A stretch of DNA of 64,000 bases from Aureliella sp. (GTDB lineage: Bacteria; Planctomycetota; Planctomycetia; Pirellulales; Pirellulaceae). The stretch covers positions 160,001-224,000 of the forward strand of contig OY829846.1 in NCBI GenBank assembly GCA_963691875.1, read 5' to 3'. The notes beneath the pieces were generated by a model, which made no database searches, had not been told where the DNA came from, and saw nothing but the letters and a program-made list of their open reading frames with translations. Made by a program: the position numbers and the translations under genes. Positions within the stretch are counted from its first letter, which is position 1. Every line of letters starts with the position of its first letter. Positions 10,389 through 18,595 of the stretch are shown here, piece after piece.

Positions 10389-10895
10389 ATGAGCGGAACT
10401 GGTGTTGATCATGGTCGCGATGCAAAACTGTACTACAACGACACTCCCGATAGTGCATCCGCAGGAGCTGGTACGTATGCGGTTCCTGTTTATGTCGAGA
10501 TTGATCGGATCGGAGATCTTGATCGCGCTGGTCAGAAAGCGACGACAGAGATCAACATCAGAGCATCTAAGACAACTCTGACTGTATTCGGCAACAAGTC
10601 TCGCGAAATCACCTTCACCTATTACAAGAAGAAGGGCGCCAACGACGCGGTCTACAACGTGCTCTTGGACTCCTTTGAGAACAATACCTGCCTTGATATC
10701 ACGATGGCAGAGGACAACATCGCCGCTAGTGGCACCGTCTACGATCGTGGACCCTTCATTGTGTCCCAGCTTGAAAAGACGGAGCCGATCGAAGGCGCGC
10801 AAAGCTACGCGGTGACTATGTCGGTGGCGGACGCCGAGCAGCCGGGCAACCCTGGAACTCCGTTCCTCTATGAAGCGAACCAAGCGGTAGCTTAG
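10389..10895 (+). CDS. Major tail (tube) protein
   Basis: G.DAKLYYN start, beta-rich 168 aa, followed by a chaperone pair. Confidence 0.7.
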   Translation: MSGTGVDHGRDAKLYYNDTPDSASAGAGTYAVPVYVEIDRIGDLDRAGQKATTEINIRASKTTLTVFGNKSREITFTYYKKKGANDAVYNVLLDSFENNTCLDITMAEDNIAASGTVYDRGPFIVSQLEKTEPIEGAQSYAVTMSVADAEQPGNPGTPFLYEANQAVA

Positions 10896-10948
10896 TCCCA
10901 GCTGTCGATTCAATCTTCTGAATTCGAATTTGACCAAGGTACTCTTCG

Positions 10949-11176
10949 ATGGCTGCTGCAAAACCGAAATCTGCCTTCACACAAGCTCTCGAATCTGACA
11001 GCAAGATGGTCGAGATCAAGGCAGGTTCGTTGGCTGCAATCGAAGAAGAGTACAAGCAGCTCGACACAGACGTGAAGAAGTACGTTCAGCGAATGGGCAC
11101 TGTTGTAGTGCCAAAAGAAACTGCCCTTAAACTAGTGAAAAAGAATGCATCAACTCAAGGACAACCAAAATCGTGA
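10949..11176 (+). CDS. Hypothetical phage protein
   Basis: Fills the operon gap, co-oriented. Confidence 0.5.
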   Translation: MAAAKPKSAFTQALESDSKMVEIKAGSLAAIEEEYKQLDTDVKKYVQRMGTVVVPKETALKLVKKNASTQGQPKS

Positions 11177-11654
11177 TTGGACGGTCGGTCCACTTACACT
11201 TCTAGATGTACGTCGCGTCAAGAACGAGACAAAAGACAAATGGACTCTCACTGAAGCTGAAGACGTCGGTGAGTTGATCGGTGACGACTTGGCTCTGTAC
11301 GAAGTCTGTTGGGTACTGCTCCAAGATCAGGCACAGCAACACAAGCTAGACGAAGTTGCTTTTGCAAAAGTGTTCACTGAATGCTACGAGAAGTTCGTAG
11401 GCGCGTTGGTAGACGCGCTGAAGGATTTTTCCCAGTGCCTCGGGAAGTCCGAAATCACCGTAAGCATCGAGAGAATCTCCGTCGAATTGACGAAAAAGCG
11501 GTCCGCCGTGGTGAAGAACCTATCTTCGGCGAAATACGATCAAGCGATGGAAGCCGAGATCAATCGGATGGACAAAGAGATGGACGAGAAGCTGAGCAAG
11601 ATTATCCAAGGCGAAGGCTTAGAGACCCCGCCAGCGACGGACCAGAGTACGTAA
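11145..11654 (+). CDS. Tail assembly chaperone (G-like)
   Basis: Follows tail tube; helical; overlaps a downstream -1 frame ORF. Confidence 0.7.
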   Translation: MHQLKDNQNRDWTVGPLTLLDVRRVKNETKDKWTLTEAEDVGELIGDDLALYEVCWVLLQDQAQQHKLDEVAFAKVFTECYEKFVGALVDALKDFSQCLGKSEITVSIERISVELTKKRSAVVKNLSSAKYDQAMEAEINRMDKEMDEKLSKIIQGEGLETPPATDQST

Positions 11655-11893
11655 CACTCTGGCGACTGGCTGGGATCATCGGAGTCGATCCGCTCAAGTT
11701 CAATGCCCGTGAGCTGGTCTGGATGGCAGAAGCAAAGCAGGAAGTTGGCTGGGATCTCAGCAACAACATCCTAGCTTCAGTCAGGCAATCAGCAGACCAA
11801 GTGTGTGATCAGATCGTGATTGCACATGGAGGACGACCGAGAAGCCGCAAGCCCATCGATCTCAACGAGCTCAACCCATTCCGTAGAGACTAG
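11381..11893 (+). CDS. Tail assembly chaperone T-like ORF, probably reached by -1 frameshift; true start uncertain
   Basis: In the -1 frame relative to G; C-terminal LWRLAGIIGVDP...RELVWMAE...NPF looks like the real coding part. Confidence 0.6.
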   Translation: MLREVRRRVGRRAEGFFPVPREVRNHRKHRENLRRIDEKAVRRGEEPIFGEIRSSDGSRDQSDGQRDGREAEQDYPRRRLRDPASDGPEYVTLWRLAGIIGVDPLKFNARELVWMAEAKQEVGWDLSNNILASVRQSADQVCDQIVIAHGGRPRSRKPIDLNELNPFRRD

Positions 11894-11901
11894 GTTCTGT
11901 C

Positions 11902-12474
11902 ATGTCGGCTACCTTCGACTTCTCTATCAACGGATCGATCAAAGATTTCTTCTTTGATCGTCGCCGTGTTCAGGAAGCACTAACTGCCGCAGAGAAGAAG
12001 AACCTAAGTCTCATCGGCTCTTACATTCGGCAACGAGCGAGGACTCGTATTCTTCGTCGCCGCAAAGGTGCCTCTGACCCACTGTCCCCTCCACACGTTC
12101 ATAGCCAAGACAGTGTTCGGAATCTCAAGAACATCCTCTTCGCATATGATCCAAACTTACATGCTGTGATTGTAGGTCCCGTTGGTCTTCGCAAGCGGGT
12201 GGACACAACTGAGATCGCAAACCAGACCGTACCGCAGATACTTGAGTTTGGCGGAGTCGCAGTCATTCACGAAGAGCGATACAAGCGTAGCACGAAAACG
12301 GTTTGGTATCGCAGAGACGACCGAACAAAGGTCGAAGAGTCAAAAGAGTACCGGACCCGTACTGCGTCCTACGCTCCACGCCCATTTATGTCGGTAGCGT
12401 TGAAACAAGAAATCGCTGCTGGCACGATCAAGAACGTTTGGAGGGCATCTGTGACTGCCGGTGCAACAGCATAA
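11902..12474 (+). CDS. Tail completion / neck protein (HK97 gp10-like)
   Basis: Basic; FFDR.., S.P.SPP, LEFGG and Y.PRPFM..AL motifs. Confidence 0.7.
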   Translation: MSATFDFSINGSIKDFFFDRRRVQEALTAAEKKNLSLIGSYIRQRARTRILRRRKGASDPLSPPHVHSQDSVRNLKNILFAYDPNLHAVIVGPVGLRKRVDTTEIANQTVPQILEFGGVAVIHEERYKRSTKTVWYRRDDRTKVEESKEYRTRTASYAPRPFMSVALKQEIAAGTIKNVWRASVTAGATA

Positions 12475-12476
12475 CG

Positions 12477-12677
12477 ATGGGCGTCGAATACAAGTATCGA
12501 GGGATCTGGTTTCTGTGGAGCTCTCATGCAATTCAACGAATTCGCCAGAGGTTCAATGACGATGATGTCTCACTTCCGCACGATCAAATCATTAAGGCAT
12601 CGTCGAAGGTCGAGATCGTATGTGTCAAAGATACAGACACTGCCATTGGTATCCTCACTGTTCTATACAACGTGTGA
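12477..12677 (+). CDS. Small hypothetical protein (SSHAIQRIRQR; weak DUF4258/BECR-like)
   Basis: ATG 2 nt after the upstream stop; 66 aa. Confidence 0.35.
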   Translation: MGVEYKYRGIWFLWSSHAIQRIRQRFNDDDVSLPHDQIIKASSKVEIVCVKDTDTAIGILTVLYNV

Positions 12678-12704
12678 GCAGCGATTGAATCTACTTTTGT
12701 ATTT

Positions 12705-12720
12705 GCGGTAAACTTACCGC
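12705..12720. promoter_or_regulatory. 16-bp palindromic site, copy 4 (GCGGTAA-AC-TTACCGC, perfect arms)
   Basis: Perfect 7-bp inverted arms upstream of the putative lysis block. Confidence 0.75.
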
Positions 12721-12737
12721 GTTAGAACTATAGCTCA

Positions 12738-13280
12738 GTGCCCACTGCCTTTGGAGAACCCGTTATGCACTGGTCGAAGAACCCAAAAATTCAGTTTGCT
12801 GTTGGAATTACGGTAATCATTCTGCTGGCTCGGTGGCTTTTCACAGGCGATTTACTGCTTGCTGGACAGGTTGCGATGGCACCCGAAGACTCCGGCGAAG
12901 AAGGGCTTCGAAGCATCCCGTTTACTTCGATCGTTGGCAGTATGTTCTGGGAAGCGGGAGTCATTGTCGGCGCGAGCGTTATTGGTTGGATGTTCAAGAT
13001 TTGGGATCAAATCTATGAGTTCCTCTCTAGTCGGTCCTCGGCTGCAACATCGCCTGTCGACTCCGTGCCGTCAATCGCTGCTTCCACCACAGACGACAAT
13101 CCACTTGTTTTGCTTGGACAAGCTGTTGCGATGGGAGACTCGGAAAAAGCAATTGAACTCCAACGCAAGATCCGTCTTCCTTACGCTACTCGCGAGCTCG
13201 TAGAAGCTTATCAAACCGGGAACATGGATGCTGCCAAAGAGCTGCAGATCGAACTAGCCACACTCGTAGGGAAGAAATGA
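12738..13280 (+). CDS. Two-TM membrane protein, holin candidate (start may be 12765)
   Basis: Two hydrophobic segments; first gene of the putative lysis block. Confidence 0.55.
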   Translation: MPTAFGEPVMHWSKNPKIQFAVGITVIILLARWLFTGDLLLAGQVAMAPEDSGEEGLRSIPFTSIVGSMFWEAGVIVGASVIGWMFKIWDQIYEFLSSRSSAATSPVDSVPSIAASTTDDNPLVLLGQAVAMGDSEKAIELQRKIRLPYATRELVEAYQTGNMDAAKELQIELATLVGKK

Positions 13281-13753
13281 TGGATCACGATCCGTACAAC
13301 TTGTTCCCACAGCAAACCCAAGCAAAGACAAAGAGCAACAATCTGCTGCTCGGTATTGTTATCGGGGTTGCCCTGACTCTGCTCTGGTTCAAGGCATTCC
13401 CGAACGGAATCCCCGATGGTTTTGAATACCGAGACCAAGATCGGCAAGAGCAAAACGACAACGAACTAAACGGCGACATTCAAACACTGATCATTGTCGA
13501 AGAGACTGGTGACAGACGCCGTTTCCCGCATCTCGCAATTCTTATCAACGACGACAAGTTCTGGGATGAGCTTGAGAGTCAAGGCGTCAAGATGCGTCTA
13601 TATGAGATTGATAGCCCCTCAGCTGTGCCTTTTCGGGACGCTGCAAAAGAAGCTGGTCTCCCAGCAATCCTCGGGCTCGATGCCAACAAGAAGATCTTGA
13701 AGTCCAAAACCATTCCTCCGTCGAAAGATGGAATCCTTGATTTCCTGAGGTAA
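13277..13753 (+). CDS. Membrane-anchored protein with possible thioredoxin-like fold lacking CxxC
   Basis: N-terminal TM; GLPAILGLDAN.KIL...IP pattern. Confidence 0.55.
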   Translation: MMDHDPYNLFPQQTQAKTKSNNLLLGIVIGVALTLLWFKAFPNGIPDGFEYRDQDRQEQNDNELNGDIQTLIIVEETGDRRRFPHLAILINDDKFWDELESQGVKMRLYEIDSPSAVPFRDAAKEAGLPAILGLDANKKILKSKTIPPSKDGILDFLR

Positions 13754-13756
13754 CCC

Positions 13757-14593
13757 ATGAGCGACGAGTTTGACGACGTACCAGAAGATCAAATATTTAA
13801 ACTGGACGGACAAGCGGTCCGAACCGGGAACTTGATGGAGGAGCGAAAGCCTTCGCTGTTCACGCCTTTTGTCTCTTCGGAAGGCGTCCTTTCGAAGGAT
13901 GAGATCGCGAAGATCCTCAATGCCTCTGGGCGAACCCCTGCCCGTGAAAGGTTTCCGTCTAGTTGGATCAAGAATCAAGGTCGTCGTGGATCATGTAACG
14001 CATACGCAGCTGCAGCTGCATTGGAACGAGCTCGGGAACTACGGAGACTCCCGCGAGTTGAGCTAGGCCCTGAGTTTCTCTACGCGCAGATCAACGGTGG
14101 TCGGGATCGAGGCTCCGGACTAGCCAACGGTATGAAAGCACTTCGTGACATCGGCTGTCCGCCAAAAGAGTTCGTCAAGTACGAAAGCTATCTGAAAAAG
14201 CACCAGTCCCCCGAAGCAGTCGCAAACGCGGGTCGCTTCAAAACTCTTGAACCTTACGCAATCAATTCTGAAGAGGAGCTCGCGACAGCTCTTGCTCTCG
14301 GATTCCCTTGCGTCGTAGCCGTCCATGTCACGAACAACTGGATGAAGCTAGATGGTGACGGAGTTGTCTACCCGACCAATGGTGTTGGCAACCACGCAAT
14401 CTGCGTAGATGACGTTCGGATCAACTCTAAAGGCGAATACGAATTCGACCATGCGGGTTCCTGGGCAACTAGGTATGGAGATAACGGCAGAGGCTGGACG
14501 ACTTGGAAGCGACACTACAAGACGCCTAGCCGGTACCACCAGTTCTACGCAATCCGATCCACAACTGATGACCCGGACGGCGATCAGCTCTGA
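13757..14593 (+). CDS. Papain-like (C1) cysteine peptidase
   Basis: NQGRRGSC catalytic Cys, GNHAI catalytic His, GSWATRYGDNG (NSWG-like). Confidence 0.85.
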   Translation: MSDEFDDVPEDQIFKLDGQAVRTGNLMEERKPSLFTPFVSSEGVLSKDEIAKILNASGRTPARERFPSSWIKNQGRRGSCNAYAAAAALERARELRRLPRVELGPEFLYAQINGGRDRGSGLANGMKALRDIGCPPKEFVKYESYLKKHQSPEAVANAGRFKTLEPYAINSEEELATALALGFPCVVAVHVTNNWMKLDGDGVVYPTNGVGNHAICVDDVRINSKGEYEFDHAGSWATRYGDNGRGWTTWKRHYKTPSRYHQFYAIRSTTDDPDGDQL

Positions 14594-14629
14594 ACGAATC
14601 TATTGCACTGTTCCAATTAAAGGATTGAT

Positions 14630-15337
14630 ATGAAAACGAAAGCACTAGCTTGGATCATCTCACTGGCTGTCATCTTTCTTGTCATCAGCACTGACGACAA
14701 AACCAAGGCAGCTCCTGACCGACCACCTTGTGACAGCGAAAGATACTCAGCTGCGAAGACAGACCAGCGAGTCGTAATCACCGATTCGGAGAAAGTAGAG
14801 TCGCTGGTACTCAGCAAGAGCCTGAAGTACGTTGGGCCGTTCCACGCGCACGAGGAACACGAGACTGAAGAAACATCGGAAGCAGAAAGCACTGAAGACG
14901 AACCAGCATTCGCAGACCCCCTTTCAGCCAGAATGGATGAGTTCGAAGCAAGGCTAGATGCTTTAGAGAGGCAAGTTAGAGCACCCAAACCAAAGGTCGA
15001 CTATGCGCCCAAGGCTACTGTGTCGTCGGGTTCAACAGGCAGCTCTCCGGTAGTGAACTACGTGCCTCGTTGGACGAACTATGACGGACTGACAAGACGC
15101 GAGCATGCAGCCACATACCACGGGTTGGACACAGCAACTATGTCCGACACTGAGATTGCGATGCAGTTAGATGCAGATCACGACAGACATGGTGGCGGAC
15201 ACCCTGCTGCAATGCGATCAACTACGACCACAACTCGAACAAGAACTCGCAGTACGACGAATTGCCCGGGAGGTGTGTGCCCTACTTCGAGACCAAAACT
15301 CTTGAATCTGCTACCTCGGAACTGGGGTAGACGCTAG
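14630..15337 (+). CDS. Exported or membrane-anchored phage protein with C-terminal CPGGVCP motif
   Basis: N-terminal hydrophobic signal, acidic coiled-coil, Thr-rich tail. Confidence 0.6.
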   Translation: MKTKALAWIISLAVIFLVISTDDKTKAAPDRPPCDSERYSAAKTDQRVVITDSEKVESLVLSKSLKYVGPFHAHEEHETEETSEAESTEDEPAFADPLSARMDEFEARLDALERQVRAPKPKVDYAPKATVSSGSTGSSPVVNYVPRWTNYDGLTRREHAATYHGLDTATMSDTEIAMQLDADHDRHGGGHPAAMRSTTTTTRTRTRSTTNCPGGVCPTSRPKLLNLLPRNWGRR

Positions 15338-15561
15338 TGCTGGATCTCAAGGGAACTTTCTTTGCATTCGCTGTCGCATGCCTCGCACTCATGTTCTTGA
15401 TGCGAGGCTGCGGCAACAGAATGGACAAGTTCCGAGAGTACCGGCAACAGCGATACGAACAACGGAAAGAAGATCGGCAACAGCGAAAAGAGGAACGGCA
15501 AGATCGTCGGGACGATTGGCGCGAGCGATGGCAGGACCGGCGTTTCAGATTCCGCAGATAA
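15337..15561 (+). CDS. Small membrane protein with highly charged R/E/Q/D tail (possible spanin-like)
   Basis: TM followed by GC and a charged helix; coupled to neighbours. Confidence 0.5.
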   Translation: MLDLKGTFFAFAVACLALMFLMRGCGNRMDKFREYRQQRYEQRKEDRQQRKEERQDRRDDWRERWQDRRFRFRR

Positions 15562-15563
15562 CT

Positions 15564-15971
15564 ATGTTTGAAATCGACCAACTCATTGTGTTTGTGTACG
15601 GAGCAGCAGTTGCAGTTCGGATAGCTGTGTTAGCAGCGGATATGTTTCGAGAACGGTGGGTGGTCACTGACGCTATCGGAAGGATGTTTGTTGCTGAGGT
15701 CACTTGCATCGTCTGCACATTGATTTTTACAGCAAACGCCATCCTTGCAGGTAACAACGACATACATCCCTATTTGGGGACTTTACTTCGAGTGACTATC
15801 TTCTCAGCCTTGTTGCTGGCGTCCAACCACGTTGCGTCCAACCAAAAAAAGATCCGGGAGCAAAAGGATCACGTTCTGACCAAGATCGAGCACGAAAAAC
15901 AAGCACTGCAAACTTACCAATGGTACCAAGAAACGATAGCGAAGCCGCAGAGCTCTTCTGGAAACTCCTAG
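15564..15971 (+). CDS. Three-TM membrane protein
   Basis: ATG at 15564 after the upstream stop; hydrophobic segments. Confidence 0.6.
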   Translation: MFEIDQLIVFVYGAAVAVRIAVLAADMFRERWVVTDAIGRMFVAEVTCIVCTLIFTANAILAGNNDIHPYLGTLLRVTIFSALLLASNHVASNQKKIREQKDHVLTKIEHEKQALQTYQWYQETIAKPQSSSGNS

Positions 15972-16648
15972 TTCAGTACTTGGACGGAAAACCGTTGGGA
16001 CTAGCGAGACTGAGTTTCGATGGAGAGATCGTGGACTGCACTCATGAGTTTGCAGAGAAGCTACGCACAGACAAAGTTGGTGCGATTGGGCTGAACATCG
16101 CACAAGACCTTACACTCAAAGCTGACAGAGCAGACACTAAAAAAAGATTCGAGAATCTCAGGTCAACTGGGGGCTACATCCACACGTCGAAAGAACTCCG
16201 ACGAAACGACGGTAGTACAGGGCACTTCGATATCCTCGCCGTCGCGCTTGGCAGCGAGTACATCCTTGACGTGATTTCGGACACAGGACGAGGCGAGATA
16301 GCAAGCCTCGAAGAAAAGCTGTCAGTAGCGATGCAGGAGAACGTTACGCTGCTTTCGATGGTTGAGACACTCCAAGACCTATTTAGGCAATCAACCCCTG
16401 GAAGGGACATTTCCGTGAACGTAAAAACGCAGACTGGTGGAACCAACATCGAAGGTAGCGGAAACCAGGTAACGCAGACAACAAATCAGGCTCGTGTCAT
16501 GCTTGGGGTTGCTACGGTGCTTCTGGGGATTGCTGGCGCAGTAGCCTATTTCGCGTACACCGTGCAAGGCAACCCCGACTTGGAACCACCCGATATTAAC
16601 CCAGCATCTGTCACGCCTGCAGATGGAAGTGAGGATGGAAATCTCTAA
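15920..16648 (+). CDS. PAS-domain protein with coiled coil and C-terminal TM
   Basis: G.IVDCTHEFAEKL...IGLNI..DLT...D and ELRRNDGS PAS/PAC pattern. Confidence 0.65.
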   Translation: MVPRNDSEAAELFWKLLVQYLDGKPLGLARLSFDGEIVDCTHEFAEKLRTDKVGAIGLNIAQDLTLKADRADTKKRFENLRSTGGYIHTSKELRRNDGSTGHFDILAVALGSEYILDVISDTGRGEIASLEEKLSVAMQENVTLLSMVETLQDLFRQSTPGRDISVNVKTQTGGTNIEGSGNQVTQTTNQARVMLGVATVLLGIAGAVAYFAYTVQGNPDLEPPDINPASVTPADGSEDGNL

Positions 16649-17811
16649 TGGTCTGGAGATCCCCCAAGCGAGACTGTGATTGTTGCAGTGACGACGTCTG
16701 TGAGGGGAAGAATGTCACTGCGTTCTGCTACATAGATGGCGACGGCAACCTAGCTTGGGAAACTAGCTACGCTACGTCGGCTACCATCACCGCTGGTCTT
16801 GGGACTGTATACAACCTGCCTGTCACTGGTGCAGCCAGCGAATCGGGTGCGTTGAACACCTATGATACGAACGATACGCATACAATCGAAGCGATCGGTA
16901 TTTGCGGTAGTAATTCCCGAACCTGTGTCCCGTGTGAAACAGTATCGTGCGGAAGCTGCAATTTCATTAACGTCAATCAGACCACACAGCAGCTCGAATT
17001 CACTTGGTGTGCGACATCGACGTACGTACCAGCTGGTCTTCCAGAAGAAACGAATTTTATCGAGTCAGTCATCGTCAATGGTGAAGAGCAATTGACTGAA
17101 CCCGTTTGGCCTGTTGACTCACGCCCTTACGGAAGGGTTCAACCCACAGGAACTACCTACTACGCGAGGACTTGTGACACTGCGTCTATCGTTGTCACAG
17201 TTACAAGCGTCTGCAACGAAACAGACACTTGCACCACAGAGCTGCTCTGCTGCTACCGGAGTGGTCGAATCGTTGGAGAGTTCGCAGGGTTCGCTCCAAC
17301 TATTACTAACACTTGCACTCGTCAACCCGTTTGGGACACAGTTGATTGGACTTTTGACGTAACGCTTGGTGGTCTCGATGGGTTAAATGGAACCTACATC
17401 GACGACAATGAAACGAGCAACTTTGGTTGCCTAGTGATGCCTCCAACGATCGAGTTCTTTGCAGGGCTGGGGGGCACAATTACGATTGCGGGAACATCAA
17501 ACGGGGCAAGCACGTTCGGCGACTACACAGTCGTTTTCAACGGTACGTTCGACTTCGTATGGAACCTAGGGCGTCTCACGCTAACATTTACTTACACCTC
17601 GTATGTATGGACTCAGACTGTCAACGGTCAAACAATTTCATCGACAATTGATCAAGCTGGTGGTTTTTGGTGTGGGTTCCTCGACCCAGCACTGCCGACG
17701 TGTTGTGAAGATCTCCCCGCAACATTTGAAGATTTCGCTGTTGGGGCTAGTCCATCTGAATGCTCGACACTCTCCAACGCAGGACAGTTTCGACGGTACT
17801 ACTTGGATTGA
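16648..17811 (+). CDS. Cys-rich, Thr-rich putative virion (tail tip / receptor-binding) protein
   Basis: 22 Cys in 387 aa, starts RDCDCC, no signal peptide, beta-rich. Confidence 0.65.
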   Translation: MVWRSPKRDCDCCSDDVCEGKNVTAFCYIDGDGNLAWETSYATSATITAGLGTVYNLPVTGAASESGALNTYDTNDTHTIEAIGICGSNSRTCVPCETVSCGSCNFINVNQTTQQLEFTWCATSTYVPAGLPEETNFIESVIVNGEEQLTEPVWPVDSRPYGRVQPTGTTYYARTCDTASIVVTVTSVCNETDTCTTELLCCYRSGRIVGEFAGFAPTITNTCTRQPVWDTVDWTFDVTLGGLDGLNGTYIDDNETSNFGCLVMPPTIEFFAGLGGTITIAGTSNGASTFGDYTVVFNGTFDFVWNLGRLTLTFTYTSYVWTQTVNGQTISSTIDQAGGFWCGFLDPALPTCCEDLPATFEDFAVGASPSECSTLSNAGQFRRYYLD

Positions 17812-17814
17812 TCT

Positions 17815-18135
17815 ATGACTGCAACAACACTGACGACGACTAAGAGATTCGTCATATTCTACTCAGGCACAGACTTGCACCAAATCGTTGCAAACACTGT
17901 GGGCTCAACAATCGACTACGACGACTCTTGGTCCTACCAAGAAGAAAGCACAACTGCGGATGTCGATACTTGGCTTTCGTCGCAAAGTTTAACGGGGAAC
18001 TCTGACGAGGTGCTGCGGAATATGCTTGATGACTTCGGATATTCAATCCTCAGTGATCCGAACTCCGCGCTGGTGCTAAACACTGAAAAGGCAGCACTGA
18101 AAAGCGACCTTGATGAAACCGGAGGAGAGGAATAG
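17815..18135 (+). CDS. Hypothetical acidic phage protein
   Basis: Co-oriented and coupled to the next gene. Confidence 0.55.
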   Translation: MTATTLTTTKRFVIFYSGTDLHQIVANTVGSTIDYDDSWSYQEESTTADVDTWLSSQSLTGNSDEVLRNMLDDFGYSILSDPNSALVLNTEKAALKSDLDETGGEE

Positions 18136-18572
18136 TGAGCACAGCAATACAGTGTTCTTGCGGACTGTTGGTTCCTGCATATGTGACTCTTCCTCTGCAC
18201 TGCTCTTGCGGAGCAAGAATAACAAAACCGTCCCTTGTCGAGGTCGACGATGCGAGATTTTCGACGATCGACTTTACTCGACGGATCGGAGCAGGCAGTC
18301 GACCACATTCTGAAAGATCGCCCAAAAAGTGGGGACCAGAGAAATGGGAGCAACTGCACCGGAAAGTCAGAACGCTTCAAGACTTTCGTGATTGGGCAGC
18401 ATCCATCCCATGCGGCGATTGCAGTCGTAAAGTCTCCATCTACGTATCTAAGAATCCTTTTCAAGAGCACAATCCTTGGTGGGGCTACCGTTTCCATAAC
18501 TTCGTAAACCAGCAGCTCAGCACCCCTAATTATTCAGAGGATGAGGCAAAGGCGAAATACGGCTGGAATTAG
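18135..18572 (+). CDS. Erv1/Alr-family FAD-linked sulfhydryl oxidase
   Basis: WGPxxWxxLH (66-75), IPCGDC (91-96), W...HNFVNQQL (121-128); N-terminal CSC...CSC. Confidence 0.8.
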   Translation: MSTAIQCSCGLLVPAYVTLPLHCSCGARITKPSLVEVDDARFSTIDFTRRIGAGSRPHSERSPKKWGPEKWEQLHRKVRTLQDFRDWAASIPCGDCSRKVSIYVSKNPFQEHNPWWGYRFHNFVNQQLSTPNYSEDEAKAKYGWN

Positions 18573-18595
18573 GCGTTTTTTGCTCGTGGAGGTTT

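Noticed and set aside
13277..13753. Thioredoxin-like redox partner (G4L analogue) of the Erv oxidase
   Set aside because: The protein has no cysteines, so it cannot relay disulfides
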